NCBI GenBank assembly: GCA_963700985.1
Contig: OY969554.1
Coordinates: 608,001 to 672,000 of the forward strand
DNA: 64,000 nucleotides
Direction of reading: 5' to 3'
From: an uncultured Chlamydiales bacterium
GTDB taxonomy: Bacteria > Chlamydiota > Chlamydiia > Chlamydiales > Rhabdochlamydiaceae
The translations under genes were made by a program, and so were the position numbers. Below, piece after piece: positions 22,909 through 31,673 of this stretch (position 1 is the stretch's first letter; each line of letters starts with the position of its first letter). The notes under the pieces are model-generated. The model was not told the DNA's origin. It worked only from the letters and a program-made list of their open reading frames with translations, and searched no databases.

Positions 22909-24405
22909 TTATTGCAGCAAAAGAGTGCTAAGACCAATGGCAATTAAGAAGTAAATTGACATCGAAAGAAAGTCATTAAAAGCGGTGATAATTGGACCTG
23001 AGGCAATGGCCGGATCCACACCAATACGCGCAAAAAATAGCGGAGAAAACACGCCTAACAGAGATCCTGTAACGCAGGCGCCAAAAAGACCAGAGCCAAC
23101 CACAGCGGCAATCAGCGTAGGACTAAGTGGAACATGCGCCATGCCGAGAAAGTCTAAAGTATAAACTAGAAAGCCGCACAAGATCCCAAAAACAAAACCG
23201 ATGATCAAACCGATAGAAAGTTCTTTGAGGATCGCCTCGCCTCGATTTCCAGCCGAAAGAGTGCCAATCGCCATGCTGCGCACAAGCACAGTACTGCTTT
23301 GAATTCCGATATTGCCCGACATTCCGGTGATGAGAGGGACAAAAAAGAGCACAAAAGTTAACACCCCGCCTTCATAAGCTTGAAAAGAGGACATCACGCC
23401 TACATTGATTAACCCAGCGAGCAAAGTTACAACAAGCCAAGGAGCGCGTGCAAAAACTCTTTTGAGAAGGGGTTCATGCTGGCTGACCTTTTCAGCAGTA
23501 CCGGCCATGCTTGCGATCGTCTCATCCGCAATGTCTTCAATCGCTTCAACTACGTTTTCATAAGTCACCACACCGAGCAGGCCATCTTTAGCGTCTACTA
23601 CGGGCAGAGCCGAGATTTTATAGCGTTCGACGATATCTACGACCTCTTCACGGCTAGCCTCAGGCGAAATCTTATGCAAAATAGGCCGCATGACCTGTTT
23701 AAGAGGTAGATGAGGTGGGTTGATGATCAGATTACGTGCCGGCACATAGCCTTGCAGCTGCTGATCGAGACTTAAAACAAAAATTTGACGCGTGAGGTCG
23801 ACGCCTGGATTATTGCGAATATGGGCTGCGGCTTCGCCAATGGTCACATCCATATGGAAAGCAAAAAATTCATTTGTCATGAGACGTCCAGCCGTATTCC
23901 GCTGGTGCTGCTTAATCTCTTTAATCCGGCAGGCCTTATCCACCTCTAACATATCAATCAGACGTCTAAAACGCCGCTCAACGATATCCTCTAGCACTTT
24001 TACGGCTTCATCTGGGGACATCTTCTCGATTAGCCATTTCACTTCCAGGTCTGATAAATGACGGAAAACCGCAGCGCGCGTAGAGCTATCGGTGTTAACC
24101 ATAAATTCAATTTTAGCTTCAATGTCGGCTAGATTCTCATATAAGACGGGGCGGGCGCTAGAAGGCAGGCGCGGAGCCGCATAAGCTAAGTCGATGGGAG
24201 AGTGTTCTGAAGCAATTTTTGCAACGTCGTGCAATACGACCATAGAAGTCTGATTGTGGAAGGCAGCAGCCAGCTTCTCACTTAAAATATCATCGAGCTG
24301 GCAGGTTTTAGAATCTACAAGACTGCCTGCAGGGTGCAAGGTCTCTTCGGCTTCTTTATTCTCTTTATCTATAGTGTGCATAGGCACCTCTCTTCTAAGA
24401 GTCAT
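22909..24405 (-). CDS. mgtE: Magnesium transporter MgtE
   Basis: N-domain, CBS pair (TAGRLMT, ISALPVVD), RAPWL, GNIGIQSST and DPAIASGPIITAFND. Start may be 24381. Confidence 0.96.
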   Translation of the reverse strand: MTLRREVPMHTIDKENKEAEETLHPAGSLVDSKTCQLDDILSEKLAAAFHNQTSMVVLHDVAKIASEHSPIDLAYAAPRLPSSARPVLYENLADIEAKIEFMVNTDSSTRAAVFRHLSDLEVKWLIEKMSPDEAVKVLEDIVERRFRRLIDMLEVDKACRIKEIKQHQRNTAGRLMTNEFFAFHMDVTIGEAAAHIRNNPGVDLTRQIFVLSLDQQLQGYVPARNLIINPPHLPLKQVMRPILHKISPEASREEVVDIVERYKISALPVVDAKDGLLGVVTYENVVEAIEDIADETIASMAGTAEKVSQHEPLLKRVFARAPWLVVTLLAGLINVGVMSSFQAYEGGVLTFVLFFVPLITGMSGNIGIQSSTVLVRSMAIGTLSAGNRGEAILKELSIGLIIGFVFGILCGFLVYTLDFLGMAHVPLSPTLIAAVVGSGLFGACVTGSLLGVFSPLFFARIGVDPAIASGPIITAFNDFLSMSIYFLIAIGLSTLLLQ

Positions 24406-24518
24406 AGCTAGTAGCGGTACGGTCTATAGGATAGGGAAAAAATTAGTTTTTTTCAATTGGTTTTTTATTAGCAAAGAGTGCAGTATTAATTTCTCAATAC
24501 TTTTCAAACTAAAAAATT

Positions 24519-26333
24519 ATGTTTAAACCAGAAAAAATTCGAAATATCGCCATCATCGCCCACATCGACCACGGTAAAACTACCCTGCTGGATGCGCTAC
24601 TTAGACAATCTAACGTCTTCAGAGACCACGAAAAGGTTCCTGAACGTGTTATGGATAGCTTCGACCAAGAAAAAGAGCGCGGAATTACCATCTTCGCCAA
24701 GCACACGAGCGTCTTCTTTGAAGACTATAAAATTAATATTATCGACACCCCTGGCCATGCTGACTTCTCTGGAGAAGTTGAGCGCGTGCTCGGACTGATC
24801 AGCTCAGTGTTGCTGCTCGTCGATGCGCAAGAAGGACCGATGCCTCAGACGCGCTATGTACTTTCACAGGCGCTAAAAATGGGCATAAAACCCATTGTTG
24901 TACTCAACAAGATCGACAGACCACACGCCGATCCAGATCGCGCACTCAACCTCACCTTCGACCTATTCGTAGAACTCGGCGCAAATGATGAGCAGCTCGA
25001 CTTCCCCATTATCTACGCTTCTGGTCTCACAGGTTTTGCAGTGATGAACCTGAAAGATCCACGAGTGGATATGCGTCCGCTCTTTGAGCTCATCATCAAT
25101 CGCGTAGCGGCTCCCTCTGGCAGCTTAGAACTTCCATTTTTGATGCAAGCAATCACTTTATCTTACGATGACTTCGTCGGCCGCCAAGGTTGCGGACGAA
25201 TTCTAGAAGGACAGATAAAGAAAGGCGATTCCATCGTTAGAGTCGATAAAAATGGTCATCCGACTAACCACAAAGTGCAGCGCATCGACGGCTATCACGG
25301 CCTTAAGAAGGTCGAACTCGAAGAAGCAGGCGTGGGCGACATCATCTCCATTTCAGGCATCCCCGATGTAGATATTGGCGACACCCTTTGCAACCCTACA
25401 AATGTGGTGCAACTACCTCCTATTCATCTAACCGAACCTACCCTCTCGATCGAAATCATGGTCAATAACGGACCGTTTGTGGGTAAAGATGGCAAGCACG
25501 TCACCATGAACAAGATCCGCGAACGTCTGCAGCAAGAAAAACGCGCAAATATCTCCCTCAAGATTGAAGAAGTTACTGGCAGAGAAGATGCCATTCGCGT
25601 CTGCGGTAGAGGTGAGCTACACCTGGCCGTACTGCTCGAGACAATGCGTCGTGAAAACTATGAGTTTGTTATCTCCAAACCTCAAGTAATCTTGAAAGAG
25701 ATCAATGGGACCACAAATGAACCTATGGAAGTGGCGCACATCGAAGTGCCGCAAGACTACTCTGGTATCGTGATCGAAGAGCTCTCACGTCGCAAAGGCG
25801 AATTGCGCTCTCTTCTGACCAACGAACAAGGTATCACCACACTTGAATTTGCCATTCCTACGCGTGGCCTAATGGGCTACCGCAACGAGTTTCTTACTGT
25901 CACTCGCGGCATGGGAATTCTCACTTCAGTTTTCGAAAGTTACATTCCTTGGAAAGGAGCGATTCCAGGAAGACAGAAGGGCGTATTGATCTCTTCTGGA
26001 CCTGGTAAAGTCACCGGTTATGCTTCTTTTTCATTGCAAGAACGCGGCGAGCTTTTCAATGGCCCTGGTGATGAAGTATATGAGGGCATGGTTGTGGGTG
26101 AAAATAGCCGTGAGAATGATCTCATGGTTAACATTACCCGTCCAAAGCAGTTGACTAACGTGCGCGCCTCTGGAAGCGATGAGAATATTATTCTTGTGCC
26201 ACCCCGCAGCTTTACACTCGAACAAGCGATCGACTTTATCCAAGACGATGAGCTCGTTGAGGTAACGCCGCATTTCATTCGCCTGCGTAAACGCTATTTA
26301 CTCGAGCACGAGCGCAAACGCAAAGGACAATAA
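24519..26333 (+). CDS. typA: Translational GTPase TypA/BipA
   Basis: [37 protein letters not shown] and [12 protein letters not shown] motifs. Confidence 0.99.
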   Translation: MFKPEKIRNIAIIAHIDHGKTTLLDALLRQSNVFRDHEKVPERVMDSFDQEKERGITIFAKHTSVFFEDYKINIIDTPGHADFSGEVERVLGLISSVLLLVDAQEGPMPQTRYVLSQALKMGIKPIVVLNKIDRPHADPDRALNLTFDLFVELGANDEQLDFPIIYASGLTGFAVMNLKDPRVDMRPLFELIINRVAAPSGSLELPFLMQAITLSYDDFVGRQGCGRILEGQIKKGDSIVRVDKNGHPTNHKVQRIDGYHGLKKVELEEAGVGDIISISGIPDVDIGDTLCNPTNVVQLPPIHLTEPTLSIEIMVNNGPFVGKDGKHVTMNKIRERLQQEKRANISLKIEEVTGREDAIRVCGRGELHLAVLLETMRRENYEFVISKPQVILKEINGTTNEPMEVAHIEVPQDYSGIVIEELSRRKGELRSLLTNEQGITTLEFAIPTRGLMGYRNEFLTVTRGMGILTSVFESYIPWKGAIPGRQKGVLISSGPGKVTGYASFSLQERGELFNGPGDEVYEGMVVGENSRENDLMVNITRPKQLTNVRASGSDENIILVPPRSFTLEQAIDFIQDDELVEVTPHFIRLRKRYLLEHERKRKGQ

Positions 26334-26342
26334 AGGTAAAGG

Positions 26343-27050
26343 ATGGTTCTGCCCTCAAGAAGGGAAATCTGGAAGATGTTCGACGCGATCTCACCGACCT
26401 ATGATCGCGTCAACCGCATCATGACCGGCGGGATCGACCGCCACTGGCGCAAGAAAATGGTGTCACTTGTCCCCAGTAAACCAGATCTCGTCTTGCTAGA
26501 TTGCGCAACCGGCACCGGCGATCAGCTCTTCACTCTTTTAGATAACTGCCCAAACATCACCTCTGCGATTGGCATAGATCTCGCTCAAGAGATGCTCAAA
26601 CTCGCCGAGATTAAACTCCAAAAAAAGCCCTATGCCCAAAAAGTGAAGTGGCAGCACGCAAGCGCAAGCGCTCTCCCCTTTCCTGATCACTCCTTTGATT
26701 GTTTGACCATCTCATTTGGAATTCGCAATGTGGAAGACGTCGCGCTCACCTTAAAAGAGTTCTTTCGCGTCTTGAAAAAGGATGGCAGTCTACTTATCCT
26801 CGAAACTTCCCTGCCCAAAAATACTCTACTTAGAAAAGTGCATCTCTTTTATTTGCGTCACATCCTGCCTAAACTTGGCGGCTGGATCTCTAAAAACCAA
26901 GCTGCGTACGTCTATTTAAACCAAACTACCGAAACCTTCCCGTCTGGCGAGAGCTTCTGCTCTCTCTTAAAGGATGCGGGCTTTAAAACTGCACGCACGC
27001 ACCCACTGATGGGTGGCGTCGTTTCTATCTATCAAGCATTAAAAAACTAA
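26343..27050 (+). CDS. menG: Demethylmenaquinone methyltransferase (UbiE/MenG)
   Basis: MFDAISPTYDRVN, LDCATGTGD, ISFGIRNV and AYVYL motifs. Confidence 0.95.
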   Translation: MVLPSRREIWKMFDAISPTYDRVNRIMTGGIDRHWRKKMVSLVPSKPDLVLLDCATGTGDQLFTLLDNCPNITSAIGIDLAQEMLKLAEIKLQKKPYAQKVKWQHASASALPFPDHSFDCLTISFGIRNVEDVALTLKEFFRVLKKDGSLLILETSLPKNTLLRKVHLFYLRHILPKLGGWISKNQAAYVYLNQTTETFPSGESFCSLLKDAGFKTARTHPLMGGVVSIYQALKN

Positions 27051-27098
27051 GCTGAATTTGGAGCTGCAACTCGAGAAATACTTGCGAGAGTTTTAACT

Positions 27099-27497
27099 AT
27101 GCAAACTAAAATCAAGGCCATCGCCCAAGAATATGCCCGAAGGATTTGGGATGAAAAAGACTTAAGCGCCATCGACGATCTGCTTGCAAAAGCCCTTATC
27201 ATCCATAGCCCGCTCGGCGATTACTATGGCCCAGAAGCGATGCGCACTGTCGTTCAATCTTGGCTCACTGCATTTCCCGATTTAGCAGTGACAAATTCCC
27301 ATATCGTTTGTGAAAATGATCTAGTGGTTATGCAATGGAAAGCTCATGGCACGCATCTGGGCGAATTTAAAGGCAGAAAACCCACCGGCAAACAGATCGC
27401 CTATCCTGGTGTGACCATCTACCAAATCAAACAAGACAAAATTGCAGAGTATTGGGCATACATAGACATGCAATATCTCCTTGCCCAACTTGAGTAA
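27099..27497 (+). CDS. SnoaL-like ester cyclase / NTF2-fold protein
   Basis: AFPDL, GTHLGEFKGRKPTGK and DKIAEYW motifs. Confidence 0.9.
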   Translation: MQTKIKAIAQEYARRIWDEKDLSAIDDLLAKALIIHSPLGDYYGPEAMRTVVQSWLTAFPDLAVTNSHIVCENDLVVMQWKAHGTHLGEFKGRKPTGKQIAYPGVTIYQIKQDKIAEYWAYIDMQYLLAQLE

Positions 27498-27626
27498 ATT
27501 CCTTTATTCCAGGGAGCATATTCTTAACGACCTTGAATCGCGCCAGTGCTTGCCATTTGGAGGTCATTTAGCTGACCAGAACTCGCTCAAATAACGCAAA
27601 CAACTAACATTCAATGAATTGAAAAA

Positions 27627-27656
27627 GACCAATTTAACGCGTATGTTAAATTAGTC
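27627..27656. promoter_or_regulatory. Palindrome GAC-C-AATTTAAC-N6-GTTAAATT-A-GTC (possible protein-binding site)
   Basis: Dyad symmetry seen directly in a 396-bp intergenic gap. Function unknown. Confidence 0.4.
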
Positions 27657-27893
27657 GCGACCAAAATAACATGTTTGCAAACGTATGCGCAAAATCCTCA
27701 GTTTTTGCTTTCTCTTTGTACCCTCCATTATCTGGGTAGACAAATGCAAATTTGTGCTCTTTGATGAGGCAGCTGAGATGCGCGTGCACACCAGTTTAAC
27801 CCGCTGATTTCTTGAAACACTTTTAAAGTACTTGAATTAGCACAAGTTTCATCATTACATTGGCGCAAACTTTTCAAGGAGGAACTTGAGAAT

Positions 27894-28802
27894 ATGACAC
27901 TTCGACAAATATCTCTCAGCGAGCTTAGAGGCACTAAAGTTTATACGGATATTGAATATCGGCTTCGGCAAACTTCCGTTCTGTTTTCTCCCTCCTCGAT
28001 TTTGATGGAGGGCGGCTCAGGAACATTAATACGTTATAAAAATACTCAAGGCATTCTCACAGCTCCTCATGTTATTAGCAAATTTCTCGACCTTAAATTC
28101 ATATGGTCTCCTTTAATTAGAACGGATGATCCGACTTTTTACCTAAATGACAAAATTCCTATTCAAAAGGTAATTGCTATTGAGTCATCTGTAGGATTAT
28201 CTCTTCTTTCACAAAACAGATATGCCTTAGCAAATGGAACTCTAGATATTTGCCTTCTACAAATAGATAAAAAAATATTTGACTCATTACTGAAAGCTTC
28301 AGGTAAAGAAGCCATTGATCTCTATTCTCAACAACAACTATATCTTTCGGATCCTGCAAAATTTTGGGCTTCTGATAACCAAACCTGGTCTTGGGGAATC
28401 TATGGCTCACCAAGACAAAGTGCGTATCAATGCATAGATGGAATCGTTCATTCTCGTCATGATGGTTTATTTCTAGGAGGAGGCAGATATAAAGTAGACG
28501 ACACTAATCTTCTTCACGTTATTACAGCCTTTATTGATCAACAAACCGATACCTGCATTCACGAATTTGGTTCGACAAAAGATGAATTACCAATTGATTT
28601 TCGAGGAATTAGTGGTGGTGGAGTAACTCAAATCAGCCTTACTCTAACTGAAGAAGGTTCAATTGCTATAGCAGAGTCATTATTTTCGGGTGTTGTGGTA
28701 TCCGCAGGACAGGGATTCTTAAATTCTCGAGGTCCAATAGCCTTATATGAGGTGTTCTTGAAGCATCTTGATAACGAAATTGCTTTGCATCCGAAATCTT
28801 AA
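27894..28802 (+). CDS. Trypsin-like serine protease, no signal peptide
   Basis: GSGTLI, GILTAPHV (His), LDICLL (Asp) and FRGISGGGV (Ser) in the correct order. AGGAGG RBS. Visibly AT-richer than its neighbours. Confidence 0.8.
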   Translation: MTLRQISLSELRGTKVYTDIEYRLRQTSVLFSPSSILMEGGSGTLIRYKNTQGILTAPHVISKFLDLKFIWSPLIRTDDPTFYLNDKIPIQKVIAIESSVGLSLLSQNRYALANGTLDICLLQIDKKIFDSLLKASGKEAIDLYSQQQLYLSDPAKFWASDNQTWSWGIYGSPRQSAYQCIDGIVHSRHDGLFLGGGRYKVDDTNLLHVITAFIDQQTDTCIHEFGSTKDELPIDFRGISGGGVTQISLTLTEEGSIAIAESLFSGVVVSAGQGFLNSRGPIALYEVFLKHLDNEIALHPKS

Positions 28803-28924
28803 TCTGCACTCTCCTCAAAGACGCCGATTTTAAAAATGCACATGCCCACCCACTCATGGGTAGTAATGGCGTCCCCATCTACCGAGCTCTAAGAACTTAA
28901 AAATTGCTCGCTATTTTTAAATAA

Positions 28925-28951
28925 CTTGATTATATCGCCTAATTAATCAAG
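28925..28951. promoter_or_regulatory. Putative TA operator (inverted repeat CTTGATTA-N11-TAATCAAG)
   Basis: Perfect 8-bp inverted repeat 26 nt upstream of the toxin-like ORF, overlapping a TTGATT -35-like hexamer. Confidence 0.65.
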
Positions 28952-28977
28952 AATATAGCAAAAAATATAGGATATCC

Positions 28978-29217
28978 ATGCCCTATAGGCCAATGGAAGA
29001 GCGAGAATATCGACGGTTACTTAAAATCGTCGGATGGAGTCTTACAAAGGCTGGGATTGACTACAGCCTCCTTGATAGAAACGGAAATTACGTTTGTTCC
29101 ATTAAGATAACACATGGTAAGAACACAAAAGGGGGAGAAATCATAGCCCATTGTGTTAAAAAGACTGAAAATGAATTCAAAGAAAGGGGACTAAAATGGC
29201 CTCCAAAAAAGAAATAG
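28978..29217 (+). CDS. Divergent HicA-like toxin
   Basis: Small basic protein with REYRRLLKIVGW helix, beta strands and THG. Overlaps the downstream antitoxin-like ORF. Confidence 0.6.
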   Translation: MPYRPMEEREYRRLLKIVGWSLTKAGIDYSLLDRNGNYVCSIKITHGKNTKGGEIIAHCVKKTENEFKERGLKWPPKKK

Positions 29218-29588
29218 AAGAACACCTCAAAATAGCCATTGCTGAAATTGGAAAAGTCAAGCCTTGGTTCGATAAAGATGTAAACGCTTGGGTTTTTAGC
29301 CATCATTCTTATCCTGTCGAATATGCCGGTGACACACGTAAAGATGTAATAAAGGGCTATCCGCTCTATCTGCGAGAATTCATCAGGCAGAGGTTGAATA
29401 ATAATCTTTCCCCTCAAGTGGAAAAAAGAACAAAAGGACACGGCGGGAAAAGATTAGGCTCAGGCAGACCTAAAGGCTCAAAGAAAGAGCCAAAAAAGCG
29501 CATTTCCCTACCAAAAGACTTAGCTAAATGGTTTGACAGACCTGATGCGATATCTCAATTTCGTCGCTTCGTAGCAAGAGAAAGATAA
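29196..29588 (+). CDS. HicB-like antitoxin with GGKRxGSGRPKG motif and C-terminal DNA-binding segment
   Basis: WVFSHHSYPVEYAGDTRKDV resembles the HicB N-domain (P...G.T..E/D). The C-terminal KRISLPKDL is RHH-like. Confidence 0.6.
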   Translation: MASKKEIEEHLKIAIAEIGKVKPWFDKDVNAWVFSHHSYPVEYAGDTRKDVIKGYPLYLREFIRQRLNNNLSPQVEKRTKGHGGKRLGSGRPKGSKKEPKKRISLPKDLAKWFDRPDAISQFRRFVARER

Positions 29589-29640
29589 TAGCACTCTGCT
29601 GAAGATTCACAGTACGCGCTACTTTTTCTCACTTCAAAAC

Positions 29641-30666
29641 TCAGTTTGCAAATAGCGGCAGGCTGTCTTGAATTAAAGCATCGACGGCCTTTTCCATGGC
29701 GTTCTCAAAGTTAGCAAGAGCTGTTTCTTCATGGAATTGCTTAAGAAATTCACCGGCAAGTTCGGCTGTTTTCAGAGAAAAATTAGCGCCCATGCCTTGA
29801 TAAAAGCTAGCACAGCCTGCGGCATCACCTAGAAGAATTGCTGCCTTATCTGAGTTATGAAAAACTGTCGCACGTTGCAGGTAGATGGGGACATTCTCGA
29901 TGCTCAATATTCCACCTGTTTCTATCTGCTCGGCCTCCTCTTGCCAACCCGCAGCATCTGTGAAATAGGCAATCTCTTTAATTCCTATCTCCTCGATGAA
30001 GGAATCAGGACGGCTTTGCATCAATAGAATGCTTGCAGAAGGAATCGTAACCTTCTTGATAAAAACATCCTTATGACTTCCTGGTTCAAGGCCAATTTTC
30101 TTCTCTGGATTTGTTGCAGAAACCATCGCTATACCTGCAACTGCACGTCCGAGGTTAATACAAGGAATATTCAGCTTGTTTCGAACGCGGCTATGTGCAC
30201 CGTCTGCTCCAACAACAAGATCATAAGGCAATAAGAGCTCATCTTCGTTAGTTTGTATAATCGCCGCCTGCTGTCCTTCAGCAAAATCCTTAAATTCACC
30301 CTGCACTCTTCTAATGCCTAGCTCATGAACCCTCTTTGTTAGACTATCTTCTAGATCTTTAATGAGCACAAATCCCCTTCTCTCGCCGTCGAACTCTAAG
30401 TCCGTTATATCTGGAACTGCCAGCTTCCATTTATCGAAGAGATCTAAGATAACGGTAAATAGAAATAAGGTGTTTTCACGGATATACTCCTGCCTCTTTT
30501 CAACGACAGTGACTTCCGCACCCGCCAGATGCGCTTCGATGGCAGTTGCAAGCCCAGTAGGGCCACCTCCAATCACAACTACATTAAGAGGCTGCAGCTC
30601 TGAAGCGAAAGAACTAGAGCAAGAGAAACAAAAAGCTAGAAAAAATAAAATCTGTTTATAGTTCAT
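29641..30666 (-). CDS. Secreted FAD-dependent monooxygenase (MICAL-like N-terminus)
   Basis: Sec-type signal peptide ending SFA. GGGPTG Rossmann motif, VVEKR..Y.R.N.L.L, LVVGADG and LLGDAA. Confidence 0.85.
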   Translation of the reverse strand: MNYKQILFFLAFCFSCSSSFASELQPLNVVVIGGGPTGLATAIEAHLAGAEVTVVEKRQEYIRENTLFLFTVILDLFDKWKLAVPDITDLEFDGERRGFVLIKDLEDSLTKRVHELGIRRVQGEFKDFAEGQQAAIIQTNEDELLLPYDLVVGADGAHSRVRNKLNIPCINLGRAVAGIAMVSATNPEKKIGLEPGSHKDVFIKKVTIPSASILLMQSRPDSFIEEIGIKEIAYFTDAAGWQEEAEQIETGGILSIENVPIYLQRATVFHNSDKAAILLGDAAGCASFYQGMGANFSLKTAELAGEFLKQFHEETALANFENAMEKAVDALIQDSLPLFAN

Positions 30667-31513
30667 CTTTGCTCAAGCTATCTCTTAATTGCTGGATTTT
30701 TCGATCTACTCTGTCAATCTGAGGCTGAAAATTTCTTGCCGATGTCATTGCTAGCGGATTAACTCTAGCCTGGTCTCTCTGTCTGATTAGCTGAGCTCGT
30801 ATGTTCTGTTGCTGCTCGATCAATTTGTCTACTTTTTTTTGCTGTTCATTTTTTTCAAGCTCTGCTTTTTGTTTTTTTAATACAGAAGCTAGCTCTTGCA
30901 TTTTTGGCCTAGCTATCGGTTCTAGCTGATCTTGAAATATCTGAACAAAATCCGTTGGATCCGTTAAACTCCCAATGTAGTTGAATATAATTTTAACGGC
31001 GCTAGCGGCTTTAGGTTCAATATCAGTGCCGTATTGGTTTTTATAGATTCTAACAAGCATCTCCTCTGTAAGAAAAGCATTGCTAAACGTGTCAATGGCA
31101 TCTACAACCCTCTTGGGTAATGCCTTAGCAGCTTCTGCTGTTGGAAAAGAGAGAGCACGATCAACACGACTTAAAAAAGAAGAGAGATGCGCAGGTGCGG
31201 AAGTGAAACAAAATTTTGCAGCGCTAGTTAATGATGTACTTAAAGCTCCCCCAATTGTGCTCGCTACCTTAGCGACAGCAATTACCAAAGGTCCCATCAA
31301 CTTTTCAGCGATTAAATCGGTGGGCGATTTTTGAATTAAAATGATTTCGCCAGCTTTTGTCTCATACAGACGGCTTCCAGGAACACTCGGATCAACAAAA
31401 GAATAGCTGCTCTGAGAAAGTGTGGAAGTTGGATGCGCATAAGACTCAGAAAGTAAAAGATTATAAGTATGGGCCGCTCTTACGGATTCAACAAGCAAGG
31501 TAACGTTAGACAT
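30656..31513 (-). CDS. Hypothetical coiled-coil protein ending in KDEL
   Basis: Start at ATG 31513 with AGGAG RBS. Internal hydrophobic stretch and Q/K/E-rich C-terminal coiled coil. Stop overlaps the start of the next gene. Confidence 0.75.
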   Translation of the reverse strand: MSNVTLLVESVRAAHTYNLLLSESYAHPTSTLSQSSYSFVDPSVPGSRLYETKAGEIILIQKSPTDLIAEKLMGPLVIAVAKVASTIGGALSTSLTSAAKFCFTSAPAHLSSFLSRVDRALSFPTAEAAKALPKRVVDAIDTFSNAFLTEEMLVRIYKNQYGTDIEPKAASAVKIIFNYIGSLTDPTDFVQIFQDQLEPIARPKMQELASVLKKQKAELEKNEQQKKVDKLIEQQQNIRAQLIRQRDQARVNPLAMTSARNFQPQIDRVDRKIQQLRDSLSKDEL

Positions 31514-31673
31514 AATTTTCACTCCTTTTTGATTTAAGCAAAAAATTTATATGTTCTTAACAAATTTGTCGTCAGATATTTTTAACTGCTTTTTTAAGAA
31601 ATCAAATAGCTAGACACGCATTAAAAAAACCTCTACATTTTTCTCTTTTGCAAGTGGAAAGAGAGGCGGAAAA

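Noticed and set aside
27624-27651. Possible dif site (GTATGTTAAAT resembles the XerD arm)
   Set aside because: No XerC-like arm at 6-bp spacing; kept only as an unexplained palindrome.
27728-27934. 68-aa minus-strand ORF in the long intergenic gap
   Set aside because: Overlaps the protease start and RBS, has no recognisable motif and no convincing RBS.
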